DNA of 57,547 nt, filler included, from Circinaria calcarea (Eukaryota), in assembly GCA_051942165.1 (NCBI GenBank). It is 4 parts of 4 records of this genome, joined end to end, with 100 filler letters (N's around TTAATTAATTAA, not from the genome) between each part and the next. Parts side by side here need not be neighbours in the genome. Positions count along the whole stretch, not along the records: positions 28,861 to 43,176 come from JAVECS010000444.1; positions 43,277 to 57,547 come from JAVECS010000446.1; 2 more parts are not named here. One strand, given 5' to 3'. The position numbers were made by a program, and so were the translations under genes. The notes under the pieces are model-generated. The model searched no databases, had not been told where the DNA came from, and saw only the letters and a list, made by a program, of their open reading frames with translations. Positions 39,137 through 51,700 of this stretch are shown here, piece by piece (within the stretch, counting starts at the first letter, position 1; each line of letters opens with the position of its first letter).

Positions 39137-41209
39137 TTAGTTCTCATCGTCGGAGCTGGACGTATAATAATACCTCCTCCTCCTCGTTCTACGCGTCAGT
39201 CTCCCTTTCTTTGCTGGTGCCACTACGATGAATTCTCCATCCGAGTCTTCGTCTTCCTCTTCCTCTTCCGCCCGAGCTCGCTTCCTCGACACCGGCGCTG
39301 CCTCCTTCCGATTCTGATTGACGACTCTCCGAGACTTGTCCCGTTCCACAGCATAGGTTTCCAGATTCCCCAAGTGTTCGGAGATCATGGATCCTTTGAG
39401 TCCTCGTGCTGTGCGCGTTCTCCGGTCCCTTGCACATTCCGTCTGCATCTTGGCCACAGAAAGCGAGTGCGTAAGGGTACCCTCGTGCGGCCGTTTGCGC
39501 ATCTGGTGGCTCGGATAACCAGGTGGAGGGCCAGTCCGCTCACAGTGGGTGATGAACTTCTTTGCGACGCTGCGTTCGAGGTCGGAGCTCATGAGCATTC
39601 GGTTCTTGCCTTCTGGTTCGTCGGGAAGATCCCGATCTTCAACACGGACGTCGAGTTGCGCACAGATGTCAGGGAAATCAAGAAGCTTCTCGAGGCAATA
39701 TAAATGGACGTAGCCGGCGTTGTGCTGTGGATCAGTGTCAGCTTCCTTGTAGGTCTGTTCGTCAAAGGCAACCCGATACTGCCCTTGATTGATGCAATTT
39801 TTGATCGCAAAGCAATCCTCGAAACGACAGCGGGCCGAAGTTTTCGTGGGATATCTGCGGGCAGAGTCAGCCGGGTTCTTCTGAATCCACAAGATGAGAC
39901 CGCGGTGATGAGGGCTGAAGAGGTACTGTTCGATTTCCTCAACGCTATAGAACCTACCAGCTTGCAGTTCACCGTAGGGCGTATATGTGAATGCGCCCCA
40001 GCTTGCTGGTGTTCGAACAAGAGCGTTATAGTAATCTTCTGGCTTGTAGTTAACAATCATCGCAGTCCGGCGGTTGAGACCCTTGACAGCATGTTCTCTG
40101 ACCCACGGCTTTGCTGCATCTCTTTTACCGGCATCTCTTGAGATCGAAGTCGCCGTAGAAGGCCTAGCCTCTGTGGATTTGGTCAGCCGAGTTGTTCTGG
40201 TAGACATCAAGGCTTTGATCGGCTTGGGTTCTCTCATTCGGTCTGAGCCTTCTGTTTCGCTTTCTGAGGTCGAAAGAGCCTTCGTCTCTGGATCGAAGCT
40301 ATCGGCGCGGCTTCGAACCGCTCTAGTCGAAGATGGGGAAGGACGACCCGTTGAGCCATATAACAAGAAGTTGGGATTCGCGGTTGTAATATTGGGTAGG
40401 TGTCGAGAAGGCAGATTCATCTGAAGGGCAGTGGAACGATTTACCATAACCCGCTTCGGCTCCAACTGCAGCATAAAATTAAAATCGTCCTCAGGAAGCC
40501 AAGGGATGTCAGTAGAATACGGAATGACCGGGTCAGCCAATAGACTAGGTGGTTCAGGGTAGACTAGATTCGGTGTATCCTCTAACATAACCTCTCTCAG
40601 GATGTCTGAGAGTGTTGGTGATAGGGGCTTTGGCTCGATCGGAGAAAAGTCGATCGGAGGAAAGTAGACCGGGTTCCTCATGATCTCCGAAAACGTTGGG
40701 GAAGCGTTTCTCTGCTCTGCCATTGGGAGACACATGGAATCCCTCATGATCTCTGAAAGCGTCGGGGATGCGCTTCTCTGCTCTGCTATTAGGAGAAATA
40801 GCGGATCCCTCATGATTTCGGAAAATGTTGGCGATTGGGGATTATTCTCCAGAGTTGGAAGGTCTATAGGATCAGACTCCAGCGTCGAGACATGTTCAAG
40901 GTCTGGCTCGACTGTTTGAGGATTTAAGAGCTCCGGGCTGTCGTAATCATCTCCAAAGAACTCACGCATGAGATCCGGAGTAGGAGAGAGTCCACCAGCA
41001 CCTGCCTGCAGCGGGGACCCCAAAGGAGGGGAGTTCTCAATAGGGGATTCCAGCTCCGTGTCGTAATCATCTCCAAAGAACTCACGCATGAGATCCGAAG
41101 TAGGAGAAAGTCCACCAGCACCTGCCTGCAGCGGGGACCCCAAAAGAGGGGAGCTCTCATTAGTGGAGTCCAGCTCCGTGCTATCGTGCGCGTCATTCCG
41201 GTCAGCCAT
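39137..41209 (-). CDS. Uncharacterised protein: repeat-rich acidic N-terminus plus Cys/His-containing C-terminal domain
   Basis: 690-aa intronless ORF; LWIQKNPADSARRYP..CRFEDC..GQYRVAFDE..DPQHNAGYVHLYCLEK; basic/acidic tail. Confidence 0.75.
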   Translation of the reverse strand: MADRNDAHDSTELDSTNESSPLLGSPLQAGAGGLSPTSDLMREFFGDDYDTELESPIENSPPLGSPLQAGAGGLSPTPDLMREFFGDDYDSPELLNPQTVEPDLEHVSTLESDPIDLPTLENNPQSPTFSEIMRDPLFLLIAEQRSASPTLSEIMRDSMCLPMAEQRNASPTFSEIMRNPVYFPPIDFSPIEPKPLSPTLSDILREVMLEDTPNLVYPEPPSLLADPVIPYSTDIPWLPEDDFNFMLQLEPKRVMVNRSTALQMNLPSRHLPNITTANPNFLLYGSTGRPSPSSTRAVRSRADSFDPETKALSTSESETEGSDRMREPKPIKALMSTRTTRLTKSTEARPSTATSISRDAGKRDAAKPWVREHAVKGLNRRTAMIVNYKPEDYYNALVRTPASWGAFTYTPYGELQAGRFYSVEEIEQYLFSPHHRGLILWIQKNPADSARRYPTKTSARCRFEDCFAIKNCINQGQYRVAFDEQTYKEADTDPQHNAGYVHLYCLEKLLDFPDICAQLDVRVEDRDLPDEPEGKNRMLMSSDLERSVAKKFITHCERTGPPPGYPSHQMRKRPHEGTLTHSLSVAKMQTECARDRRTRTARGLKGSMISEHLGNLETYAVERDKSRRVVNQNRKEAAPVSRKRARAEEEEEDEDSDGEFIVVAPAKKGRLTRRTRRRRYYYTSSSDDEN
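40941..41180. repeat. Tandem duplication, 2 x 120 nt, in frame within the 39137-41209 gene
   Basis: 40941-41060 and 41061-41180 both begin tcgtaatcatctccaaagaactcacgcatgagatcc and end cagctccgtg. Confidence 0.95.
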
Positions 41210-42496
41210 GCTTGATGAATGTAGTAAGTATAGAGGGTTCCTGAGAAGTTATGAGTACTGGTTGAGAAAGTTATAAAACAAGTATATACACTGAAAATTC
41301 GAGGACTTGACTCTGATGGCTTAGCCATGCACTACATTGTATATATTATATTCTTAATGGAACTGGACCGTGTCCTCGTCCTTTGTTATAGATAAAGGAA
41401 TTTCACCTACAAAGAGCATTGTTTTGATTTATGGTATAGTTGAGCCTTGTTCTTTATCGACCATATCTCCATTGACCTCATTCTGGTCAATGTTGAGCCA
41501 TTGTTGGATAACATCAAGTACTCCTAAGCGATCAGTTATCATCTCGTCAATGCTGCTAATACTTGGTATGTGTACCACAAGAGATAGTATTTGTTTAACG
41601 CGGTTTTGGTTACAATATTCGCCAAAAGTCCAAACCATGATTTTTGATCTATAAAAAAAACCAGAATACGGTCTGGAAAATTTTCATTGTAAATTGAAAT
41701 AAATATTAAGTAGCCGATAAGCATGTTGGTTCAAAGGGGCACGCGCAAACGGGCTGAAAACAACAGACTACGGCGACCGGCTAAATTCCAGCAACAAATA
41801 CAGCCCGGTGTACGGTCTGTACGTAGTAGGAAAGGACGACTCCTATACGGAAGAGAAGATCTGGCACGTGCTGAGCGCGGAATTCGCACAGGCAAATTCG
41901 GAAAACAAAGCCGGAATAATGGTCCATTTACCAAGTTCCGGCCACGGGTACGGACAAAGAATTTAAGGAAACAAATTTGAACCTAAGTGTCGCCTGATGG
42001 ATCCGCCAAGAAATCACCTAGGGGGATCTTCTTCCAAACCACTCCCTAAAAGCCATTCTGGAGCTCATCACAGCCACTCACACGAGCGCGATTTCTAGTA
42101 AATAGGTTGACTGCTAGTTTCCGTTGACGATGATGAAGTATTGAGCTAAATAAGGAGGGAGACCACTAAGGAGGTCTCACTTAAATAAATGTGAAGTGTA
42201 GTATTCCAAGCTGAAGTTGCTTACTACTACGCGAAATCTCTGTATACTAGACGGACTAAGTACATATTGTATAAGCATTCACGTGCCAACACGTGACCAA
42301 CTCCTACAGAAAGGTGTTTTCTACTGGTCAACCACGTAGCAGTTTCAAGAGTTTGTTCGAGCAAAAAGCCTTTTGACCATGGTACCACGCTGCATTTTTT
42401 GCAACGCCTACACAATAAGACGCCTTTGGTGCAAGGGTTTAGCGAAGGTCCACCGCTGATCGTCAAATCTTTCTTATCCCACATCTCCCATCATTC

Positions 42497-43176
42497 TTAA
42501 TGCTCCTCCAGCAGCCTTCTCAAACCCTCCTCATTTCCTCCCCTTTCCAGCACTGTCCTTTCCTGTGCGTCCTTGAGCCCCTTATCCGCCCCCCTCTCTA
42601 ACAACTGCTTCACAACGTTCCAATCTTGCCCTCTGTCGGCTAATGTAATGGGCTACCGAGCTCTTCTCTACGCGCCCATGTGCCCTCATCCTCCACCGGC
42701 ATTTCATTCACGTCCGCACCCATCTCTATTAGCCATTCCGTTATCTCCACAGTACTATTCCTAGCCGCCGCATGCAGCGCCAGCGAATTCTTCAATACGG
42801 CCCCATGCTTCATCAGTAGCTCCACCACGTCCTGTTGTCTTGACCCAGCGGCTTGGGCGATGACAGGCTGATAGCCTGTAAATGGCATGCAAGGGTCCGC
42901 GCCGGTTGACATGAGACACTCGACGCTTGAGGGTCGTTTGGAGCGGACCGCGTGTCCGAGGAGGTTTCCGGAGTGCCCGAGTTTATAGTTCGGATCGAGG
43001 CCGTGGTCGAGCAAGACGCGGAGGCTATCAGGAGAAGGCTGAGCGACTGCAATGCGGGCGAGACGATCGGTGGAATCGGAATAGTTGGCCAAAGCGGTGC
43101 TCGTTTGGGGGTCTGTAAGCAGGCGGGTAAGGATGAGTGGATGCTCAATCGCTGCCACGGCCAGATCAGGCAGAAT
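42497..43176 (-). pseudogene. Ankyrin-repeat protein, 5'-truncated by spacer, with a frameshift near 42642
   Basis: LLDHGLDPN, LMSTGADP, ALHAAARN..LIEMGADVN, GSPLH* then continues in a shifted frame ADRGQDWNVVKQLLERGADKGLKD. Confidence 0.75.
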
Positions 43177-43276
43177 NNNNNNNNNNNNNNNNNNNNNNNN
43201 NNNNNNNNNNNNNNNNNNNNTTAATTAATTAANNNNNNNNNNNNNNNNNNNNNNNNNNNNNNNNNNNNNNNNNNNN
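43177..43276. other. Artificial contig spacer
   Basis: 44 N + TTAATTAATTAA + 44 N. Confidence 0.97.
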
Positions 43277-45529
43277 CCTCCACCACTATCTCCTCCACCC
43301 CACCCTCCAGACCCCGACCCACAACCTCCTGCAGCTCCTCCCGCACAGGCACCTAAGCCAGTTCCCGCACAAGCACCTGCAGCTACACCTCCGCCGCAGG
43401 TTCCCTGGCAGCAATTGCCAGCAGCTCCGGAGTTGAAATTTGCGCATGCGGGGTTCGTGACGTACATACCACCGTTGATGCACGGATCCCCCATGTAAGG
43501 CGCGTAGTAGGGCATGTATAACGGGTACCCATACGCATAAGGATGCATGTAGCTATCCCGGTCTGGTGTATCACGGCCCTTCTTCGTTGCGCGCTGGCGA
43601 GCTTTCTGGTAGTTGCGCTCTAACTCCGCGGCTTTCACTTTGGTTGAAACGGAATAAATCGATGTCGGACGAATGGCGTTGTGAGCGGAAATGTGAGGGC
43701 TTTTCTGGGGTCCATCGAAAGACGAGTCGTGCAGCTTGTCGAGTTCCGCCAAGACAGGATCATGTTTGGATTTAAAGAGGCGAGAAATCGTTGAAGTATG
43801 TGACTCCCGGATTGCTTCACAGTACCAGCAAGTACAGGAACTGAGCTTGATTTAGCTTGTGCGGTTAATGCTTGATACCTAGAGAAGTTACCTGTACACT
43901 TGATCAAACATTTTCTGATATGTCTTTGAAGTCCATTCGAAAGCATCCGATAGCTTGTTTTCGTCGATTTTGTCATCATGGTCGACAAAGACCCAGGTTT
44001 TGGAAACTGAGTAAGCGTAGTAGGATGGAGGACTTAATTGATGGGTGTGCCATGCCAGATCGATATCTAACGTCGGCACGGCTACCTTGTTAGGGTAGCG
44101 GGCAATAATAGCGAAATACCTCTCATACTTCTCCACCAAACGAGCCATCGTGCTCGAAGCGGCAGGGGAGTGGAGCCAATCGATTAAGTGCATCTTCTCG
44201 ATAAAGGAACCTTGACGAATAACAGCGCCGACCAGATCGATCGAGCATGCTGAGCTGTTCTCCCAGTAACACGACATCATTCGCCTAATTGCAACTTTAT
44301 CATCCCTCGTCAATGGCGGTCCCTGCAATAGTGCGGACTCGATCAAAGTTCGGATTGCACTGATAGACACAGAGCTGTGCAGCTTCATGTCCGTAACTTC
44401 AATGATAGATCGAACGAGGGAGAACTCGGTTATCAGAACATTAGGGTACGCGGTTATCCTAAGAAATCTCTTCCCCTCCGGCAGCTCCGGCAAACCTATA
44501 ATATTATTCAATATGTGGCTTATCACCGCTTGCGGTAGAGATGTAGTCTTACCATAGATATTAAGCAGCGTTCCAGGCATAGGAACGTTATTCTTTAGCA
44601 GAGCTATTGTATCATGCCTAAACTTCTGAGATCTCAGCATCTCATGGTTGAGAACCAAACCACATGATGAGCAAGGGTGCCGAAAGTCTTTGTCCGCATA
44701 ACCAGAACCCAATTCGCCCGGGTTCTCAGTCCTCCAATATTTTTCAGACGTGCACGATGTCCACTTGACATTTGCTTCTTTCGAACATCTCGGGCATTTC
44801 GGTTGGATAGCTAGCGACTCGTTTGAGTTTTCCCATGAAAGTCCAGTGCTGGTTTCAAAGAGGCGGTGGGCCTCATTGCTACATGTATATGCAAAAGACT
44901 TATTGTTGATTGCGGCATCGACCGCCACCCATGATAAGCCCGTTTGCCAGAAAGCCATTGTACCGTGTCGGATACAGTCTTCCAAGAACTTTTGTGGGTT
45001 AAGCATATACGAATGCCAAACCATCAACACATCTATCACGATCAGCCTTTCTCGGATTTCGCTACATGAACGACTTACCAAGCGGAGGCAAATTTTCCTT
45101 GGTGAACAGAATGGGCTTGGCGTCCTTTGTAATGCTGGCGGCATAACCTCCTCGAAAATCCGTCTGAGTTCGCATCCCCGTGCCTGGAATGCAACACTTC
45201 CACCATTTTTCAAAGCGTAAGCAGGCATTGGTAACGAAGATGGCCCAACGTTTTTCACGAATCTTCGCTAGGACGTTCATACGCCGTTCTTTCGTTGTGC
45301 CCAAAGGCACGAATTCATCTCGGATCCCGTAGAGACCGTCGGTGGTGGCGACGTCCTCGCGTAGCTGGTGGAAAGCCTCCAGAAGCTTTAGGTGTACCAG
45401 GCATTGACTGGGTGTCGGTTTGGTCGACGTTTCGGAGACGTTTAGATTAGAGAACGCAGCAGTTACATCAGGCCGCCCCACATCATCATACGAGGGAGGA
45501 GGGTCTGGAAGCGGTTTTTCACGAGACAT
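43277..45529 (-). CDS. Glycine-rich domain-containing protein (GRDP/DUF1399); 3' end cut by spacer
   Basis: CLVHLKLLEAFHQLR, LPPL|DVLMVWHSYMLNP, DLVGAVIRQGSFIEKM, VPTLDIDLAWHTHQL, Gly/Cys-rich tail CGGGVAAGAC. Confidence 0.9.
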
Positions 45530-46264
45530 TAGGTGCTACTAATCATGAAAGACTCTGTTATAAAGGTCAAGGCCTAAGGTTTGATAGGTAATGATAACGA
45601 TAATTGTTATTTCCGAGGTGTAGAATCTACCTAGAAACCCAAGGAAACTGAGAACGTTGTATACCTACCTTGAGAGCATATACTAGTCTTATGCATTACC
45701 CCCGTGACTCAACAATAGGGTAGTACGCCCTGGACTTCACCTTCCACTCTTGCGACTGCTTCATCTCGTGATCCGTGAAGATAGTTTCTTAGGGTCAGCA
45801 CCAAAAACCCTTAAAGACTAGACCGAATCCCTGGATCGATCTTGCTTTAGCGCTGCTTCTGCGGCTCCGCCTCACATCACCACTCACGTGACACCACCCA
45901 TTAATCCCTCGTCACTTGCCCCTTTGGTAAGAAGAAGGCAGGCGCCCCGTTGCTATTGATACAAGACCCTCAGGCTTCTCATATACATCAGCTCCCTTTG
46001 ATAAAAGCCCGATCGCATATGTAAATCAGAGCTCAGGACTTCTTAGTTCATGGCCCTACTTCGTATCTTCTAATCGTCACTTCGGGCGCGGTGTTTACTC
46101 GGCTTCACTCAATGATTTATGGATATGTATATGTTCACATCGATCTCATAATAGCTAGTAAATCTAGACTGACATATCCGCAAATCCAGAAACCCCCTGG
46201 GTATAATGCCATGAAAATTCTTCCTTGCCCCCTTGCCACCTTTTGCGAATGGAAACTACATACA

Positions 46265-48721
46265 TCAGATCATGCTCGTGGCATCCATTGACTGACCGGA
46301 GAAGCTATAAGGGAAATCCACAAGGCCATCCAGCATCCAGTTTAGTGGATCGAATACCTCATAGTTGGATTCGCCAAAACTATTGTCAGGTCCTGGTGTG
46401 ACTGTTCCTCCTAGCATCATAGGGGGAACAAGTCCTGGATCGATAACCGAGCTGGCAGAGCTCTCGGCAGCAGAATCGGGATTGGTGGGGTTCTTCAGTG
46501 CGGCTGCATTTGGTGAGCGGAAGGAGTAACTGTACATTCGGGGGAGTCCTACATTCCAAATTGCCTCGTCCCTTGGCTTGAAACTCCTCCCTCCACCTCC
46601 AAACAGAGTCAAACACCAAACTCATGGACATTCGACACCTGACCTTAAGCTGCAGAGAGTTATCTGGAGTATGATCTTGAGGCGTTGCTACCCTCGATCC
46701 TGCTCCTCCACCTCGCCACAATTGAGCAAGTACCTCCGCCAACCGCCAGGGAAGATCATTATTGGTGACGCTAATATTTCGAATGGTAAGGATCGTGCGG
46801 GTAAATAATGTTTTACCATAATCCAGATCAATAGACTTGGCGAAGAAGCTGTTAAGAAGTTTCAGTAGCGCAAATCCAGCAGCAATAATCATTTGTAGTA
46901 TGTAATTCGTGGCATATGAAATTGCATGCCCGGTGGCTGTCTCTAAACTCAACGCCGTTTCTAGGAACGCTGTGGTTGCTAGCCACAAGGCTAAAAGGTC
47001 TCGATGATAATCTCGTGTAGTTGGTGAGTCGAAGAAGGCGGAAAGTCGCAGGTGGAGACCGGCTGCTCGGAGGTATAAAGTATTCATAGCTAAATCGTTA
47101 GATTGTTAGTCAGATTATTGAAGCGTATCAAGCGGGGATGTTCAGAAGTGGTAGGAAAATGTTTGCAAGGATTGAAGGATTAGTGCTAGGAGGTGGTGAA
47201 GAGATCTTACGAGACAAGTTAGGTCTGAGATTTTCTTGCAACTCCTCGAATTCCCTTGTGAGGATCCTGATTAAGACTGGCTTCTGGATATTGTCGACCA
47301 AACCAACTGGATCTGATGCGTTACTGTATAAATCCTTTGTTACCCTGCTGCAAAATCTTTCAATGTCTAAGCGAGCTTCTAATTCTGCTGGAAGTCGAAG
47401 ACTTTCATCCCGGGAGCTTGCAGGTGCTAGCGTCCAATCATAAAGGCTGAATGGTGGCTGACCATAGCCAGTGGCGACTCTAAGCGGCTGTTAGTTTCTC
47501 TAATATGCATTAAGGCTGGAGTATATCACCGTTGAGCGACTACGTTGCAGGCAGCCCATGTCTTTACTCTATCCCTCAACTCCTCTGCCCTGAGCTCTAC
47601 CCTAAATTTTGTAAAATCTTGAGCATGCGACGGTCTATGCAAACCAATCTGCATTGCAACTTGCATCATTATCCCACTTAGCATGAAAGTTGGATCCGTG
47701 GAGGTACTACTGATGGGTAGAGGCCAAGTACACAAGATACACAGTGCCTTTACAACGTGATAGGTCTGAGGTACATCTGCCAGCGAGGCCCACAAGAGAC
47801 GTGATAGCGGGCCAGCGAGCGATTGCAAAAGTGTCGGTTCAGGACTGTAACGACGCGCTGCCACAGCAATAACAGTCCAAAAGAGTAGCGGATTCGCCTC
47901 ATAGTAATGGTCAGGGGACCGGTCAGGATCTAAGAGTGGGAAAAATGGATGGTATAAGACGTAGAAGCTGTATCCCATGGTTAGCATTCGCTTACTCTAG
48001 TATAAAATCAGGTATTACTGTTGGTAGAGGTCTTGAATCCGCTCATGAACGAGAAGAACATTTTCAATGCGTCGGGAAGGTCTGACTTGACCATGAGGAC
48101 TTCTCATGAAAGACCTCCCTTCCAAGCCCGATCGTAGATCAAGTAAGGATGCAACAGCTTCTTCCGAACCCATGTAGTGATCCATACTTGGGAGCGCCTG
48201 GGAAGCGATAGGGCTTGTGGGCGATGCCTTGATCTCCGTCGCGAAAGCAAGCTGTTGAGCTGATGGAGATGACGTCTGACTAGCTAACTGTTTACGGAGC
48301 TCTAGAAGCTCACGCTCCATCTCAGCATTCTTGATACGCTTCCCAACTCGCCTGAAGCCGGAATCGATCTTGCATTCGAGACTGCACCGCTGACACCGCG
48401 AACACGCCTGAAACGGGTCCTGGATAACGTCACAGCGTAACTGGACCACGCGTTGTCAGTTACGACGATCTCAGGAAGATTGTTTTGGAAATGTAGTAGT
48501 CCTTGACTGACCTTTTGCTGGCGGCATTCGTTACATGCTCGCTTGACGCCTATCCGGCCTCCTTCCTTATCATCTTCATCAACAAGACTATCAGGCGACT
48601 GCTCAAGTCCAGCTGCATCACCGGTCCTCTTGCGGATCCTCGGCTTTATGGGCTGAGGTGAACCGGCATCGATACCATTGCTATGGTACAGGCGCTCTGC
48701 GGACTCCTGCTTAGCGCTCAT
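46265..48721 (-). CDS. Zn(II)2Cys6 transcription factor (Sef1/PriB-like)
   Basis: VKRACNECRQQK|LRCD..CSRCQRCSLEC; YHPFFPLLDP, AMQIGLHRP, VKTWAACN; SLVFDSVWRWR; acidic tail VFDPLNWMLD. Confidence 0.9.
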
Positions 48722-51700
48722 GGATTCAGAACCCCCTCAACGAGTAAACATGGAAGTGGGATGACTCCGACATCGCACGAGGTATGTAGGGCTGGCGCCT
48801 AGTCGAAGATCTGGAGCTAATCGAATATGGTAGAAGCCTCCCGGAGCGGGAATCCCGTCCACCCGCCCTGGTCCCGCACGTGGTCTCCGCCCCCTTTCAA
48901 GCTCGCCCTGATCATGTGATGGAACGGAAAGATACACCTACCCTTATTCCAGTGGCATATTTACCGAGAGTGCATCAAACATGATAACCACATCTCAAGA
49001 AAGCTCCTCTCATACTAGCAGGCCTCTCTACAAAGGCCCACTGCGCCATCCGGCCAAGAAACCCACACCCCTATCACACGATGAACCCGCACCGATGAAA
49101 GGCGAAATCCCTATCAGAAGGCCTGGCACTACTCAATTAGCCAAGGGTACTGCTAAACCAAGGGAGATTTAGCATGACGGATACCGAGCATGCTAATCGA
49201 GATATTACAGTGGAGGTATTTTCTTCGCAGAGGACAGCGCAGCCGTTCCTCGACCCGGCCCTGTCGAGCAAAATAACCGCACAGCGGCAAAGCAAGGAGT
49301 TTTCGTAACCGCATCATCTATTGGTTATATGGTTTGCACATGAAGAACATTATCAAGTGGGCTTTTCTTATTACGGTACTTCTTTACTTGATTATGGTCA
49401 TTAACCTGTGATCCCTTTGGTGCATTGGGCTTTAGGGGCAATGTTGTTATCAGAACGGGGGGAGGGTTTGCCGTCACTAGAAACCGTAAGATTTACTAAT
49501 TGCACACCTTTGATTGCTTGGTGCTCCGCTGTGATTGTGGATGTAAAATAGAGCAGCGGTCATAGGGGCAAGATTCCCTGAGCTTGCTTTGCCTGTTGGG
49601 TAGGAAAATATGTGCAATAGGAATTCGTTTTATTCCACCTATGGCGTGAATATTACTGCTCTATATAACCTATTCCATTAATCCCCACTCGACCCTCGGT
49701 CTTCCTTGCTCTCTCGTTGTACTCATACGGTTTACTTCCCAGTCGCTTCACCTTTCGCATTTTGGTTCCTTGCGTAACAGCTAACGCTGTTCCACGGTTC
49801 CTCTCGAGGATTTTGTTCCTTCAGTCGCTCCATACTGTATCCTAAAGTCTCCATATTTTTCGGAGTTCGTCCAACCTATGTTTGGGTATTGGCATTAGAC
49901 CTAACGCTACCGTGATGAGGCTATTGAGCATACTTTTGGGGGCTGTTCCCCATTGGTAGGTTCATTTTGTGGCTGGGATGGGAGCTCCATCTTCTTGGTA
50001 TGGTCAGAATCTTTTTGTGGAGTCGTCATTGCTTTTCAGTAGAACGGCAATTGTTAGCCAGAATAGTTCATGATCGAGAAAGAGTGCCCTAATTACCTGG
50101 TGTAAACCTGAGGGTTTGAGATGATGCCGTATAACTGCTTGTTCAATAAAAATGGAGTGGAAGGAGGTTGTCGAGGATGTCGTTGAATGAGTAGGAGAAG
50201 GAGGAGACGCAGTCTTTAAATATTGTCGCTCCATCAATTGGGATAACAGTCGATGGATTACCGGTCTCAGAAGAGATAAGAAGGAAGCCTGATACCGGGG
50301 TGTAATGCACTCCGCCAGAGTCTGATTTCTGACATGATGCAGCGCATTTCCTTCACCGGAGATAACCCCCCTGCCGCTTCTGCACACGGTGCGTGGCATT
50401 TGAGCTGTTGATCCTGAATGTGGTATGCTAGAGCCAGACCGAGTCCGCGCTTCGAATGCCATCCCTTGAAATGGACTGTTGACACTTGGCTTGACTGGCT
50501 AGAAAAGGTATGCTGGGAGTTGATAGGCGGATAGATCCAGTTCGAGGTAAACCCATACCACGCCTACGGCCCTGGTCAGCGTCATTCACTTATACCGATT
50601 TATCCAACATACCGTCTGATTTGTGGGCCTCGTTGTTTACAATCGCGTTGTTATGGCTTGGCGTCCACAATCAGCGCTAGGGTCGATGTTGACCATTGTC
50701 CATGATCCACTCCTCTAAACTTCCATCACGCAGTGACGCCTCGCGGTGAAGACTTCACGAGCTACTGCAATGGTCACTTTGAAATGTATTAGTCCGGGAT
50801 CGAGGGTTGATGTGGTGAAAATGGACAACTTCAAATGGTTACACAAGGCTGGGGTCCCCTTCCTCCCCCGTCTACATGAGATTGTTTCCTGTCCTGTAGG
50901 ATGTCTGCAGATTACTAGCTACAGTAAAGCATCCTTCGTTTCTGCACCATCGGATTCGTCAAAGAAGTTGGGCGGATGCGAAATCCCCTTCTTTCTGAAC
51001 CCTCAGCCTCGAGGCTGTAGATTACCCTTTTTTTGTGACGAAGCATCAATCTAGGACCGCGGACGGAACCGAAAAGAGATTGGAATCTGTAGTTCTCACA
51101 ACATTGGCTGCTGGCCCTTGAGCCTGCAATGCCTTATGTACGTTCGTTGAGCATCAGGAGGCAGCATGCAAGGTCAGCTTGGAAGCACGGTTAAGAGCGC
51201 ACCGAGCACGGAGAAGCACCATTGTCAGCGTCGACGTGCAAGCCCACTCCTGTAGCTGATTGACCGTTACGCATAGAGACCAATGGAAAGCATCCTACCA
51301 ATCCGGAGTTTTGCTTCAACTTTTAAGTCTTCATTCGCTGCTAGTCTGCCCAGCCGAAAATAACCCTGTCTACATTGCAGCGAAGGCCTCCTGCCTCCAG
51401 TAGCCAATAGATGGCACGCTGATCGCTGCACCATCTCGCATCAACATGCAGACAGGTGACATACCATTGAAGGATCATAGCAAGCATTCAGGACCGATGC
51501 AACCATGACGGGCGACAATTGACCTAATCTAGGGCATCTTAGAGCGAACTGGTATTGATCCTGGCAGCTTAGGCTGATAAGTTCAATTGAGAAAAATCCG
51601 CATTTTTCTTACGTCCGGCGTTTTGTTGGGGACAGTAGAGAATCATCATACCCACGCTTCTTAAGAGCGAGCAAAGGTAGAATCAGACGGAATTTCCATT

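Noticed and set aside
41330..42000. AT-rich stretch with short ORFs, possibly a RIP-degraded element
   Set aside because: No termini, second copy or recognisable protein motif found by eye
28928..43176. Possible Starship element (ferric reductase, ankyrin and accessory genes together)
   Set aside because: No tyrosine-recombinase captain or element boundary is visible, and the reductase looks like an ordinary FRE
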